A stretch of DNA of 64,000 bases from Alphaproteobacteria bacterium (GTDB lineage Bacteria; Pseudomonadota; Alphaproteobacteria; GCA-2731375): positions 32,001 through 96,000 of the forward strand of contig CBDDBZ010000036.1 in assembly GCA_965225945.1 (NCBI GenBank). The letters run 5' to 3'. How positions within the stretch are numbered: position 1 is the first letter of the stretch; every line of letters begins with the position of its first letter. Made by a program: the position numbers and the translations under genes. The notes beneath the pieces are model-generated. The model had not been told where the DNA came from. It did no database searches and worked only from the letters and a program-made list of their open reading frames with translations. Positions 1 through 10,702 of the stretch are shown piece after piece.

Positions 1-164
1 CTCAGGGTGCCGAACGGTCGGGGGGGATGGACGTCGTTGGAGGCGCCGCCGCCGTCGCATTTCCGCGAGGCGCTGAAGGCGCTCGGCTTCGAGATCGCGG
101 ATGCCCGCGATCCGTTCGGGGATTAGAATGTCATTCGTATTCATTGTCGAGGGGAGGAGACGAG

Positions 165-1067
165 ATGCCATATGCCGAGGCCAAGGGGGCCAAGCTCTAT
201 TACGAAGTGGCGGGCAAGGGACAGCCGATCGTCTTCGTGCACGAATTCGCCGGCGACCATCGCAGTTGGGAGCCGCAGGTGCGCTACTTCTCGCGGCGCT
301 ATCGCTGCATCAGCTATGCCGCCCGGGGCTATCCGCCCTCGGACGTGCCGTCCGATCCAAGACTCTATAGTCAGGACATCGCCACCGACGACATCGCCGC
401 CGTGCTAAAAGGCCTCGGGATCAAGAAGGCCCACATCGTCGGGCTTTCGATGGGGGGCTTCGCGGCGCTCCACTTCGCGATCCGTTATCCCCGGATGGCG
501 CAATCGGCCGTCGTCGCCGGCTGCGGCTACGGCGCGCCCAAGGGGCCGGAGCGCAGGAAGTTCCGGGCCGACGTCGCCGCGCTGGCCAAGGCCATCGAGG
601 CCGACGGCATCACCGCCTTCGCCAAGCAATATTCGGTTGGCCCGACCCGGGTGCAGTTCAAGGCGAAGGATCCGAGAGGCTTTGCCGAGTTCGCCCGGCA
701 GTTGGCCGAACACGATGCGGTCGGCGCGGCCAACACCTTCCGGGGCGTCCAGGGCGAGCGGCCGTCGATCTACGACCTCGCGGCGAAATTGGTGGGGATC
801 AAGGTGCCGATGCTGCTGATGACCGGCGACGAGGACGAGCCCTGCCTCGACGCCACCCTCTTCATGAAGCGCAAGATCCCCTCCGCCGGCCTGGTGGTGC
901 TGCCCAAGACTGGCCACACCATCAACCTGGAGGAGCCGGCGGCCTTCAACCAGGCGGTGCAGGAGTTCCTCACCTCGGTCGAGCAGGGGCGCTGGGGGCG
1001 GCGCGATCCGGCCTCGATATCGGATAGCGCGGTGATGGCCAAGACGGCGAAGAAGAAACGGCGCTGA
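165..1067 (+). CDS. Alpha/beta fold hydrolase
   Basis: GLSMGG nucleophile elbow, GH(T)xNLEEP C-terminal His motif; GGAGGAG RBS before ATG at 165. Confidence 0.9.
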   Translation: MPYAEAKGAKLYYEVAGKGQPIVFVHEFAGDHRSWEPQVRYFSRRYRCISYAARGYPPSDVPSDPRLYSQDIATDDIAAVLKGLGIKKAHIVGLSMGGFAALHFAIRYPRMAQSAVVAGCGYGAPKGPERRKFRADVAALAKAIEADGITAFAKQYSVGPTRVQFKAKDPRGFAEFARQLAEHDAVGAANTFRGVQGERPSIYDLAAKLVGIKVPMLLMTGDEDEPCLDATLFMKRKIPSAGLVVLPKTGHTINLEEPAAFNQAVQEFLTSVEQGRWGRRDPASISDSAVMAKTAKKKRR

Positions 1068-1197
1068 TCAGCGGCCCTTGACCTCGGGCGTGCGACACTC
1101 GACGTAGGTCTGCGCCGCTGGCGCCGCCCCGGGCGAGATCGGCCCGGCCCTCGCGGGTATCGCCGTCGACGACGAGGAAGCGCAAAACCCGGCTCAC
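1065..1197 (-). pseudogene. Truncated N-terminus of a probable type 1 glutamine amidotransferase-like gene
   Basis: MSRVLRFLVVDGDTREGRADLARGGAS resembles GATase N-termini; starts just after the DMFase-like stop, then degenerates. Confidence 0.35.
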
Positions 1198-1201
1198 GCC
1201 A

Positions 1202-3397
1202 TCATGCTCCCTCAGTGGCGAAGCGCGTCAGCACGTTATTGATGATGCGGGAGATGTTGTTGTCGTAGCCGTCGTGCGAGAGGCTGCCGCAGAAGGTGAT
1301 CGAGCCGACGGAGAACACGGCGCCGCCGGCCGGGGTCTCGAAATAGGTCATGTCGGCGCGGACCAGTTCCTGGTGCGTTTCGAACGACCAGGTGGCGCGG
1401 TGCGTCAGCAGCTCCTCGGGCACCACGATATGACTCTCCTGATGCCCGGTGGAGCTGGCGACGACGATGGCGTTCTCGGGCGAGCCGAGCCGATGGTCCA
1501 TCCGGTCCAATTCGAAGCCGGCGGCACCCCCGCCGCTGAGGCCGAAGTTGCCGATGATCTCGTCCTCGACGCCCTCGAAGATCCAGGCGGCGCGCGGATC
1601 CTCGGCGCCGGCCGCGCGGACGTAGTAGGCCCCCTCGAAGGCGCCCTGGGCCGAGAAACCGACGCCGCAGAGCCGCTGGGGCGCCCGGTCGTTGCGCCGC
1701 CAGAGGCCACCGTAAGCACCGTCGAGGGCGTTATAATATTCCCCCGGATCGGCGGCCCAGGCGCGGATTCCGCCCTCGCCCCGGCGGATCTCGAGGACGC
1801 CCGGCACCTTCTCGCTCCGCGCCACGCGCCAATAGAAGCCATTGCCGCCGAGGTACATCAGGTTGCCGCCGCCGTCCACGAAGTCCTGGATGGCGTCGAG
1901 CGAGGCCTCGGTGTGGTATTCGGGATGCGAGCCGGTGAGCAGCACCCGGTAGGGCGCCAGAAGTGCCGCGCCCGCCTCGTCCAGATCGTCGTCCGTCACC
2001 ACGTCGTAGGCGTGCCCCTTGGCCTCCAGCCAGTCGGTCAGGTGGGTGTCGGCCGGGAAGTGGCGAAGGCCGGAGCCGCGGGGATCGAGGAAGCTCAGGA
2101 AACCGGGGCGCATGGTGATGATCGGCCGCAGCCTCGAGGAATAGCAGATCCCGCTGCCGTCCGAATGGAAGTTGTAGGTCGAGCAGCCGTAGTCCTTGTG
2201 CTCGTCCGGGTTCCACTTCGGCGCGCCCCAGTCCGCGACCCGCTGGTAGTAGGCCTGGTCGCTCGTGCCCCGGGCGTAGTTGGCATAGATCTGATGGGTG
2301 AAGGTGGCGGCGAGAACGGCGATCCGGGCCGTCGGCTTGCCGGTTTTGGGCCGGACGTAGAAGGGGATGATCTCCTCGATCCCCCGACAGCGGAGGCGGG
2401 CGCCATAGACTCCGCTTCGCAAGCTCGCCGGCGCCTCGAAGGCGAAGTCGGTCTCCCACCCGCAATCGTGGATGTCGTCGTCGTGGAAGTGGATGGCGCC
2501 GTATTCCCCGGGCGCATGGCGCCAGCACATCTCAGCGCCTGACCAGTTGGAGCCCTTCATCCCCCGCGCCGGTAGGTTGACCAGGCGGCCATGCAGTCTC
2601 GCCGGGCCCGCGTCGTGAATATCCAGCCCGTCGATTCCGCGGGAAAAATTCCAGGCGGCGCGGAGACCGTCGACCATCTCGCCCCGGGCGGCGCGCTCGA
2701 CGGCGGCCTCGTCGAGGCTGGCGGCGGCGACGAAGGGCCGCTCGATCTTGCCGTTGAAGTGCTCGACGGCGTGGGATGCGAGTCGGGCCGCGATCAGCAG
2801 CGGGCCGCCACGCGGCAGCGCCGGATCGGCGACGGTGATCACGCCCGAGCCCTCGTCGTCTATCTTCTGGCGGGGCGACAGGCGGTGCTGATGGATCGCC
2901 AGGCGTCCGCTCTGGGCCTCGAAGCTCGCCCAGATCCGATACCAGAAGCGATTGCGTACCGCCTTGCCGACGGAAACCTCGTGCAATGTGCCGTTCGCGT
3001 CGGTGAGGGCGAAGCTGGCGCCCTCGGCGCCGATCGAGAGAGCGAAGCTGCGGCCATCCTCGTCGGCCCGTGAGATCACGGCCTGTGGCGCGCCGGGGAG
3101 CGTCGGCCAGATCGTCGCGGCGATGGTGAAATCGGCCAGATCGTCCAGCCCGTCGGCATCCTCGACGATTGCATACGAGCCGAGGCGGACCGGCTGATGG
3201 CGCGAGGGATACTCGCCGGCGAAGCCCGCCGCCACCGCTTCCAGCTTCAGCCCCGGGCCGTCCGGGTTCGGGTCGGCGTGGATGATGCGCACCAGGTCGG
3301 CGCCATAAGGTTCCTCGAAGGTGCTGGAGACCTTGAACTCGATCCGCCCGCCGGGGGGAATCGAGATCCGGTCGCTATATCCGGTCAACGGCAGCAT
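1202..3397 (-). CDS. N,N-dimethylformamidase large (beta) subunit family protein
   Basis: EYGAIHFHDDD, STYNFHSDGSG, LTGSHPEY, YLGGNGFYW, GGGAAGFELD motifs; start taken at MLPLTGY. Confidence 0.88.
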   Translation of the reverse strand: MLPLTGYSDRISIPPGGRIEFKVSSTFEEPYGADLVRIIHADPNPDGPGLKLEAVAAGFAGEYPSRHQPVRLGSYAIVEDADGLDDLADFTIAATIWPTLPGAPQAVISRADEDGRSFALSIGAEGASFALTDANGTLHEVSVGKAVRNRFWYRIWASFEAQSGRLAIHQHRLSPRQKIDDEGSGVITVADPALPRGGPLLIAARLASHAVEHFNGKIERPFVAAASLDEAAVERAARGEMVDGLRAAWNFSRGIDGLDIHDAGPARLHGRLVNLPARGMKGSNWSGAEMCWRHAPGEYGAIHFHDDDIHDCGWETDFAFEAPASLRSGVYGARLRCRGIEEIIPFYVRPKTGKPTARIAVLAATFTHQIYANYARGTSDQAYYQRVADWGAPKWNPDEHKDYGCSTYNFHSDGSGICYSSRLRPIITMRPGFLSFLDPRGSGLRHFPADTHLTDWLEAKGHAYDVVTDDDLDEAGAALLAPYRVLLTGSHPEYHTEASLDAIQDFVDGGGNLMYLGGNGFYWRVARSEKVPGVLEIRRGEGGIRAWAADPGEYYNALDGAYGGLWRRNDRAPQRLCGVGFSAQGAFEGAYYVRAAGAEDPRAAWIFEGVEDEIIGNFGLSGGGAAGFELDRMDHRLGSPENAIVVASSTGHQESHIVVPEELLTHRATWSFETHQELVRADMTYFETPAGGAVFSVGSITFCGSLSHDGYDNNISRIINNVLTRFATEGA

Positions 3398-3458
3398 CGC
3401 GCACGGCTCCTTGCCCGAAACCCTAGTTGCCTCATTCAGTCCAAACGGCGGGTCCGGG

Positions 3459-3842
3459 TCAAGGCTGTCGGGCTGATTTGGTGCGTCGCCTCTTGGCGGG
3501 AGCCTTCGCCTTTTGCGCCGAGAGCGCCACATCGACCGCCGCGCGCGCCCACGCGAGGATGTCCTCCTCGTCGTCGAGGATCTCGTCCGGAACCTGCCAA
3601 TAGGATTTGAGCGCACGGGGTTTGCCCACGCGTTGGTAGGTGAAGGGGCCGCTGCCGGCGGCCTCGAAATCGGCCTTCGTCGCCTCGTCGACCTTCAGGT
3701 GCAGGCCATTCTCGACCACCAGCGCGAACATCACGTCGGTGTAAAAGATACCGAGGCCGCCGAACATGCGGCGCGCCGTCACCGGCCCGAGGGGCGCCAG
3801 CAGGTCCAGCAGATGGTCACGATACTCGGGCGAGACGGCCAT
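3459..3842 (-). CDS. TfoX/Sxy N-terminal domain protein
   Basis: RRMFGGLGIF...LHLKVD...GSGPFTY...SYWQVP motif. Confidence 0.88.
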   Translation of the reverse strand: MAVSPEYRDHLLDLLAPLGPVTARRMFGGLGIFYTDVMFALVVENGLHLKVDEATKADFEAAGSGPFTYQRVGKPRALKSYWQVPDEILDDEEDILAWARAAVDVALSAQKAKAPAKRRRTKSARQP

Positions 3843-4002
3843 CGGCCCGGCCTCCGGCACCGTGGGCCGCGCGGCTGTGGCGCAAACATTCCATGGCTGC
3901 GGTTTCCTTATCGGAATTGCGCCATATTATGGCTTGGCTGCGGCCCGCCCGGAAGCGAGGCCGGACCGTCGTGCAAGGACAAGGGCCGAGGGTAGGCGGA
4001 CA

Positions 4003-4794
4003 ATGCTGATCGCGCAGATCACCGACATGCACGTGACCGTGCCCGGCCGCCGGGCGGATGAGGTCTACGACACCTCGGGCCGGCTGGCCCGCTGGGTGGC
4101 GCGCCTGAACGCGCACGAGCCCCGACCCGACCTGGTGCTCGCCACCGGCGATCTGGTGAACGACGGCGAGGCGGCGGAATACGCCCGGCTCGCCGAATTC
4201 CTGGACGGACTCGAAATCCCATTCTACCTCGCCGCCGGCAACCACGACGATCGCGACAACCTGCGTGCCGCCTTTCCCACCCACGACTATCTCGCGGGCG
4301 AGGACGAGTTCCTGCACTACGTGATCGAGGACTGGCCGCTCCGCATCATCATGCTCGACACGTTGATCCCGGGCGAGATCGGTGGCCGGCTCTGCGCCCG
4401 CAGGCTCGACTGGCTGGCGGCGCGCCTCGCCGAGGCGCCGGAAAGGCCGACGCTGATCGCCCTCCACCACCCCCCGTTCCGGAGCGGAATTCCGGTGATG
4501 GACGCGGTCGGCCTCGACGGTTCGGAAGCGTTCGCGGAGGTGATCGCGCCCCATGCCAACGTCCTGCGCGTGGTGGCGGGGCACCTGCATCGCGCGATCA
4601 ACGGTACGGTCGCCGGTCGGCCCGTGAGCACGGCGCCGGCGACGGCGCATCAGCTCGGTCTGACCTTCGAAGTGCGCGATCGCCCGATGATCACGGCCGA
4701 ACCACCGGCGGCCCATCTCCACCTCTGGCTCGGCGAGGCAGGCGGGCTGATCACCCACACGATCCATCTGGACGCGCCCGAGATCCCGCGTTGA
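4003..4794 (+). CDS. Metallophosphoesterase (CpdA/GpdQ-like phosphodiesterase)
   Basis: QITDMH, TGDLVN, GNHD, HHPP, GHLH metal-binding motifs. Confidence 0.9.
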   Translation: MLIAQITDMHVTVPGRRADEVYDTSGRLARWVARLNAHEPRPDLVLATGDLVNDGEAAEYARLAEFLDGLEIPFYLAAGNHDDRDNLRAAFPTHDYLAGEDEFLHYVIEDWPLRIIMLDTLIPGEIGGRLCARRLDWLAARLAEAPERPTLIALHHPPFRSGIPVMDAVGLDGSEAFAEVIAPHANVLRVVAGHLHRAINGTVAGRPVSTAPATAHQLGLTFEVRDRPMITAEPPAAHLHLWLGEAGGLITHTIHLDAPEIPR

Positions 4795-4813
4795 GACTTT
4801 GTCGCCACGCGTT

Positions 4814-5005
4814 CGGCGTGGCATGGCCCGGCCTCCCGCTCTCCCGCCCAACCACCCAGCGCGCCGGCCGGGCCATGCCACGCCGGCCGGAGCAATCCAT
4901 GCCAGACGGCGTGCCGGGGCCTCCCGCTCCTGGGTGGTTTGGCCGGGGGAGAAGACCGGGAGCGGGAGGCCCCGGCACGCCGCGCGAGCGGCGAGCAAAA
5001 AAAGA
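4814..5005. terminator. Two GC-rich hairpins between convergent genes, probable terminators
   Basis: cggcgtggcatggcccggcc...ggccgggccatgccacgccg and a second stem near 4908-4981, followed by an A-run. Confidence 0.45.
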
Positions 5006-5009
5006 CTCC

Positions 5010-5909
5010 TCAGCGGCCGAAAGCGATCAGCATCACCGCCGGCACGATCAGGAACAGCGCCAGCACGCCGCGCCGGTTCAGCACTTCGGCGCGGAACAGA
5101 TAGCGGCTCAGGATCAGCGAGACGAAGGGCGAGGCGGCGACGATCGGCCCCACGACGATCAGCTCGCCGGTTTGCAGCGCGGTGTTGAGCGAGAGCAGCG
5201 ACAATCCGTTGATCAGCCCGGCGAGGGGGAACCAGCCCAGTCCGGGCCGGCGCCAGGTGATCGCTGGACGCCGCCGGCGCCGCAGCCGCTCGCCCGCTAG
5301 CGCGATCGCGAAGGAAACGGTGACACTCACCAGACCCGCGAAATGGGCGCTCGGCAGGACTTCCATCCCGACCTTGGAGAGGGCATGGCCGAAGACGCGG
5401 ATCACCGCCGCCGCGAGCGGCAACGAGAGCGCCCAGCGCGGCCAATTTACCTCGAGGCCCCCGGGGAGGCCCCCGGGGAGGCCACCGGGCCGGACCAACA
5501 GGAGAATCGCGCCGACGATGACCAGCGTACCGACGGCGACGGGCCAGCTCAGGCTTTCGCCGAGCCAGAAGACACCCAGGAGCGCGCCGAAGAGCGGCGA
5601 GGTGGAGGCGATCGTGGCCGCCAACGTGGGGCCGAGATAACGGGTGCCGGCGAGCGCCAGGTTGCCCGAAAGGAAGGGCCGTACCAGGCCGACCGCGGCG
5701 AAGATCACGATGGCCCCGTCGAGCCAGAACCAGCGCTCGACGAAGAACGGCGCCAGCAGCCAATAGAACGCGGTAGAGCCGGCGAGCGACAGCATCGTGC
5801 CGGTGCGCGAATCCGCGTGCCTGAGGCCGAGGTTGAGAATTTGCTCGCTCAAGCCGAAGAGGCAGGCCGACGCGAGCGAGAGGAGGATCGGCAGATAGGC
5901 GTGGCTCAT
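5010..5909 (-). CDS. DMT/EamA family transporter
   Basis: About 10 hydrophobic segments, two EamA-like halves (LGESLS, FRAEVL). Confidence 0.85.
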   Translation of the reverse strand: MSHAYLPILLSLASACLFGLSEQILNLGLRHADSRTGTMLSLAGSTAFYWLLAPFFVERWFWLDGAIVIFAAVGLVRPFLSGNLALAGTRYLGPTLAATIASTSPLFGALLGVFWLGESLSWPVAVGTLVIVGAILLLVRPGGLPGGLPGGLEVNWPRWALSLPLAAAVIRVFGHALSKVGMEVLPSAHFAGLVSVTVSFAIALAGERLRRRRRPAITWRRPGLGWFPLAGLINGLSLLSLNTALQTGELIVVGPIVAASPFVSLILSRYLFRAEVLNRRGVLALFLIVPAVMLIAFGR

Positions 5910-5925
5910 CGCGCCAGGGCTGGCA

Positions 5926-7275
5926 TCACTCGGCGGCGGCGACCGCTGGCACCAGCCAGGCGGCGAGGTCGCGGCGCGCGCGGGCCGCCGTCGCCGGTTT
6001 GCGCTCGCGCCGTCCAAGCTTGCCCCCCAGCGGCGGGAAGAGCCCGAAGTTGACGTTCATCGGCTGGAACGTCTTCGCGTCCGCGCCGCCGGTGATGTGC
6101 GCCAGAAGCGCGCCCAGCGCGGTGGTCGGCGGCGGCGGGCGAACCGGCTCGCCCCGCCGTTCGGCGGCGGCGAAGCGCCCGCTCAGTAAGCCGATCGCGG
6201 CGCTCTCGACATAGCCCTCGACGCCGGTGATCTGCCCGGCGAAGCGCAGCCTCGGCGCCGCCCGGAGACGGCAGGTGGCGTCGAGCAGGCGCGGGCTGTT
6301 GAGGAAGGTATTGCGGTGGATACCGCCCAAGCGGGCGAAGCGCGCGCCCTCGAGGCCCGGGACCTGGCGAAATATCCGGGTCTGCGCGCCGTGACGCAGC
6401 TTGGTCTGGAAGCCGACGATGTTGTAGAGCGTGCCGAGCGCGTTATCCTGGCGCAGTTGGACGACCGCGTGGGGCTTTTCGCTCGGCGCGTGCGGGTTGG
6501 TCAGGCCGACCGGCTTCATCGGCCCGAAGCGCGGCGTCTCGGGCCCCCGCGCCGCCATCACCTCGATCGGCAAACAACCCTCGAAATAGGGCGTATCGCG
6601 TTCCCAGTCCTTGAAGTCGGTGGTCTCGCCCGCCAGCAGATCGGCGATGAAGCGATCGTATTCAGCCCGCGTCAAGGGGCAGTTGATATAGTCCTTGCCG
6701 TCGCCGCCGGGGCCTGGCTTATCATAGCGCGACTGGAACCACGCCTTGGAGAAATCGATCGAGTCCTTGTACACGATCGGCGCGATGGCATCGAAGAAGG
6801 CCAAAGAGTCCTCGCCCGTCAGGGCGTGGATCGCGCCGGCCAGCGCCTCGGAGGTCAGCGGGCCGGTGGCGACGATCACGCTGTCCCATGCCTCGGGCGG
6901 CAGGTCCGCTATCTCCTCGCGGGCGATTTCGACCAGCGGCTCGCCCTCCAGCGCCCTCGTCACGGCAGCGGAGAAGGCGACGCGATCGACCGCGAGGGCA
7001 CCGCCGGCGGGCACCTTGTTGGCGTCCGCCGAGGCCATGATCAGGGAATTGGCGCGGCGCATCTCCTCGTGCAGCAGCCCGACGGCGTTGCGCTCCGCGT
7101 CGTCCGAACGAAACGAATTGGAGCAAACCAGCTCCGCCAGCCCGTCACCCCCATGGGCGGCGGTGGACCGGGTCGGGCGCATCTCGTGCAGCACCGACGG
7201 CACGCCTGCGCGGGCCGCCTGCCAAGCCGCCTCCGAGCCCGCCAAGCCACCACCGATGATGTGAATGGGACGCAT
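5926..7275 (-). CDS. trmFO: tRNA (uracil-5)-methyltransferase TrmFO
   Basis: [51 protein letters not shown]. Confidence 0.96.
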   Translation of the reverse strand: MRPIHIIGGGLAGSEAAWQAARAGVPSVLHEMRPTRSTAAHGGDGLAELVCSNSFRSDDAERNAVGLLHEEMRRANSLIMASADANKVPAGGALAVDRVAFSAAVTRALEGEPLVEIAREEIADLPPEAWDSVIVATGPLTSEALAGAIHALTGEDSLAFFDAIAPIVYKDSIDFSKAWFQSRYDKPGPGGDGKDYINCPLTRAEYDRFIADLLAGETTDFKDWERDTPYFEGCLPIEVMAARGPETPRFGPMKPVGLTNPHAPSEKPHAVVQLRQDNALGTLYNIVGFQTKLRHGAQTRIFRQVPGLEGARFARLGGIHRNTFLNSPRLLDATCRLRAAPRLRFAGQITGVEGYVESAAIGLLSGRFAAAERRGEPVRPPPPTTALGALLAHITGGADAKTFQPMNVNFGLFPPLGGKLGRRERKPATAARARRDLAAWLVPAVAAAE

Positions 7276-7351
7276 TTCAGGTCTTTCGCCGCCGTTGCCG
7301 CCACCCTTCATAGGTCGCGCGGCGCACTCGGCGCAAGGCGGATACGGGGAC

Positions 7352-7413
7352 ACAGGATAAGGGGACACAATACTTAACTTCATGAAGTTAAGTATTGTGT
7401 CCCCTTATCCTGT
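7352..7413. repeat. Perfect 62-bp palindrome (REP/REPIN-like doublet, GGGGACAC...GTGTCCCC)
   Basis: acaggataaggggacacaatacttaacttca|tgaagttaagtattgtgtccccttatcctgt checked base by base; extra ggggacaca at 7346. Confidence 0.95.
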
Positions 7414-7443
7414 CCGCGCGAGGCGCCGCCCTGGATCGACGCA

Positions 7444-8962
7444 CTACTTGACGGTGATCCGCCCCTCGAGGGCCGGCGAGATGGTGCCCTGGGCGGCGAT
7501 GTGGTCCATCACCACGGTCGCCATCAGCGCGCCGCCCGCCGCGCCGATGATGGTCTTGGCCTCCTTCAGCACCGCGTAGCCGTTCGCCGCCGCCGGCGAT
7601 GTATTCGTTGGTCGCGACCTTGTAGCGCTTGGCCCCTTCGACCGGTTGCCCGGCGACCGTCGCCTCGACCACGCGGCTCCCCTTGGGCCGCTTGGGATCG
7701 AAGGCGTAAGCCATGCCCGAGACATGGGGGAAGCGGCCGGCGATATCCTCGACCCGACTGACGCCGTTCTCCAGCGCCTCCAAGAGCTGTGCCCCGGTGA
7801 GTTCCAGCAGGACCACGTAATTGCCGAAGGGAAGCTCGCTCAGCACGTCCATTCGGGTGAGCGTGGTCTCGGGCTCGTAGGTCCGATCGCCCCGGATGCC
7901 GCCGCCGTTGGTGAAGCCGATGTCGGCCTCGAGGCTGGCGCGGATGGCGTCGGCCATCAGGTTGGCGAAGTTGCTTTCCCTGCCGCGCACGGTCGCCCGC
8001 CGGCTGTCCAGCAGCACGGTGGTCTTGCCCACGGGCACCGAGAGCTTCTCGTCGAGCGATTTTTCGTGGCCGGCGACGATACGAGCGATCTCCGGATCGG
8101 GCGTAACCCCGGCGGTGGAGAGGAAACGCCATTGCGGCAGCATCGAGACCCGGGTGCCGCCGCGCCCCTTCTTCTTCTCGATCGTGATGTCGGCGACGGC
8201 GAGATAATGCGCGTCGTAGCCGGCCTTGAGGATCAAGGTGCCGCCTTCGTAGACGCTGATCGGATCGTGGTCGTGGCCGCCGAGGATCACGTGGATACCC
8301 CTGACCCGCTTGGCCAGCTCGCGGTCCTGGGCGAGATCGAGGTGGGTCAACGCGATGATGAAGTCGGCGCCGTCCGCCTTCAGCGACTCGACCGCCTTGA
8401 GCGCGGTCTCGACCGCCGAGGTGAAGGTGATCTTCTCGCTGGGGCTGGAGAGCGTGCTCGTCTCCGGCGTCAGCAAGGAGAACAGGCCCATCTTCAGCTC
8501 ACCGAGGGGTCGCACGATGGTCGCCTGGGAGACGCCGAACGGCCGGCCGTTGGCGCCGAGCGTGTTGGTGGCGAGCCAGACGAAGTTGGAGCCCTGCATG
8601 CGTTGGATCATCACGTCGTCGCCAAAGTCGAACTCGTGATTGCCGAGGCCGGCAACGTCGAGGCCAATGGCGTTCATCAGCTCGATCATCTGCGCGCCCT
8701 TGGTCAGGCCCGACATCACCGAGGGCGAAATCAGGTCGCCGCCCAGCGTCGTCAGGTGGTTGGCCGCGCGGGCACGTTCCGCCCGGAGCAGGGTCATCAG
8801 CTCCGCCAGGCCGCCCTTGCCCCGCTTCTGGGAGATCTCGTAGACGTCGTTCACGTGCAACAGCGTCAACTCCGCCTTCTGCGCCCCGGCGGCGAGCGGC
8901 GCCATCACCAGAGTCGTCGCCAAGCCGGCGGCCACGCTCCAGTTCACTCCTTTGGTCGCCAT
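7444..8962 (-). pseudogene. Bifunctional metallophosphatase/5'-nucleotidase with a 1-bp frameshift near 7583 (or a sequencing error)
   Basis: LHVNDVY, GNHEFD, GGHDH, NGGGIRG motifs; conserved GGDGY reads GGC GAA CGG CTA C, and the true C-terminus (GYAVL...EGRITVK) is in another frame ending at 7444. Confidence 0.8.
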
Positions 8963-9024
8963 ATTGCTCCCCCCTCTGTTCGAAGCTCCGAATTCTACCA
9001 CCTGGCCGGGGTGATCGGGCAGCA

Positions 9025-9540
9025 TCAATCGCGCCCGACAGTTTGGCTGCGGCGTTCCAACAGAACCACGTCGCGCCATTGTCCCCGGTGCGGGCCGTGG
9101 CGCATCCGACCGGGCCGCTCGCGGACGCCCAGGCGGCGAAAGCCCAAGGCCTCGTGAAGCGCAATCGAGGCGGCGTTCTCGGGGAAGATGCCGGCTTCGA
9201 GGGTCCACACGCCCGCCGCTTCCGAGGCCTCGATCAGGGCGCCGAGAAGCCGCCGGCCGAGGCCCCGGCCGCGCGCGGCGTCGGCCAGGTAGATGGCGAC
9301 CTCCGCGATTCCCGCGTAGACCGGCCGCGAGGAGACCGGCGACAGCGCCGCCCAGCCGAGAATTTCGCCCCTCCGCGCCGCCACCAGGCGGCAGTCGGCG
9401 CGGCGCGAGGCGTCCCAGGCCGGCCAATCCGGGGCCGCTTCCTCGAAGGTGGCGTCGCCGGTGTCAATTCCTTGCCGGTAGATCCGCAACACGGCAGCAC
9501 CATCCGCCGCCGTCATCGGGCGGATCTCGATCTCCGCCAT
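9025..9540 (-). CDS. GNAT N-acetyltransferase (phosphinothricin acetyltransferase-like)
   Basis: ATFE, RGRGLG, IFPENAASIALHEALGF, WRDVVLLERRS. Confidence 0.9.
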   Translation of the reverse strand: MAEIEIRPMTAADGAAVLRIYRQGIDTGDATFEEAAPDWPAWDASRRADCRLVAARRGEILGWAALSPVSSRPVYAGIAEVAIYLADAARGRGLGRRLLGALIEASEAAGVWTLEAGIFPENAASIALHEALGFRRLGVRERPGRMRHGPHRGQWRDVVLLERRSQTVGRD

Positions 9541-9707
9541 TTCGCCTCTCCCTCGGCCCCGTTGGTGGATCGATGCTTGGGCTTTCCCGGCCCGTGCGCA
9601 AGGGTCGTTTTCCGGGCTGCCGGGCGCCCCATTTGCAGTCCGCCGCGCACCTGGGCAGACTCCGCCGCGACGAGACGAGGTCGATGGCGTCGGGAGGTAT
9701 GGGAAGC

Positions 9708-10664
9708 ATGCAATTCGGCCTGCATCTGGGCACCCGCGGGGTCGCGGCGACGCCCGAGGGAATCCGCGAGATGGCACGACACTGCGAGGCGATGGGGCTG
9801 AGCCACCTCGGCTTCTCCGACCACGTGGTCATCGCCCGCGGCGTCGATTCCCGCTATCCCTACAACGAGAGCGGCCGTTGGCCGGCGAGCGATACCGGCT
9901 TCTGCCTGGAGCAGATCACCACCATCGTCTTCGCCGCCGCCGTCACCGAGCGCATCCGGCTGCTGACCTCGGTCATGGTCCTGCCCCACCGCCCGCCGGT
10001 GCTGGCCGCGAAGATGCTGGCGACGGCCGACGTGCTCTCGAAAGGGCGCCTCGTGGTCGGCGCCGGGATCGGCTGGATGGCGGAGGAGATGGCGGTCCTG
10101 GGCGGCCCCGGCTACCAGAACCGGGTCGAGGCCGCGGAGGAATACCTGGAGGCCTTCCGCGTGCTCTGGACCGAGGACCGGCCGGCTTACGCCGGCGATC
10201 ACGTCGCCTTCGACGATATCCTGTTCACGCCGAAACCCGTCCAAAAGCCACATCCGCCGATCTGGATCGGCGGCGAGGGCAAGCCCGCGCGCCGGCGCGC
10301 CGGACGCTTGGGCGAGGGTTGGTATCCGGTCGTCGCCAGCCCCCGGGTCCCGCTGGACACGCCGGCCAGGTTCGCCGAGGGGCTGGCCGAGGTCCGCGCG
10401 CACGCCGAGGCGGCGGGACGCGACCCGAGCGCGATTCAAACCGCCCTGTTCGCCTCCTGGTACCGGTTGGGCGCGCCGAGGCGGGGCGCCGAGGGCGAGC
10501 GGCTGGCGTTCACGGGGACGGCGGCGGACATCGCGGCCGACCTCGAGGCCTATTCGCGGGCCGGTCTCCAGACCGTGCTGATCGGCTTCGAGACCGACGA
10601 CGTGAACGAGGCCAAGGACCGGGTCGAGGCCTTGGCGCGCGAGGTCATGCCACTGGTCGGCTGA
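9708..10664 (+). CDS. LLM class flavin/F420-dependent oxidoreductase
   Basis: FSDHVV, LPHRPPVLAAKMLATADVLSKGR, PKPVQKPHPPIWIGG. Confidence 0.88.
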   Translation: MQFGLHLGTRGVAATPEGIREMARHCEAMGLSHLGFSDHVVIARGVDSRYPYNESGRWPASDTGFCLEQITTIVFAAAVTERIRLLTSVMVLPHRPPVLAAKMLATADVLSKGRLVVGAGIGWMAEEMAVLGGPGYQNRVEAAEEYLEAFRVLWTEDRPAYAGDHVAFDDILFTPKPVQKPHPPIWIGGEGKPARRRAGRLGEGWYPVVASPRVPLDTPARFAEGLAEVRAHAEAAGRDPSAIQTALFASWYRLGAPRRGAEGERLAFTGTAADIAADLEAYSRAGLQTVLIGFETDDVNEAKDRVEALAREVMPLVG

Positions 10665-10702
10665 CGGGAGCGGTTGGAAACTCGGAGACGGAGAGGATTG
10701 AC

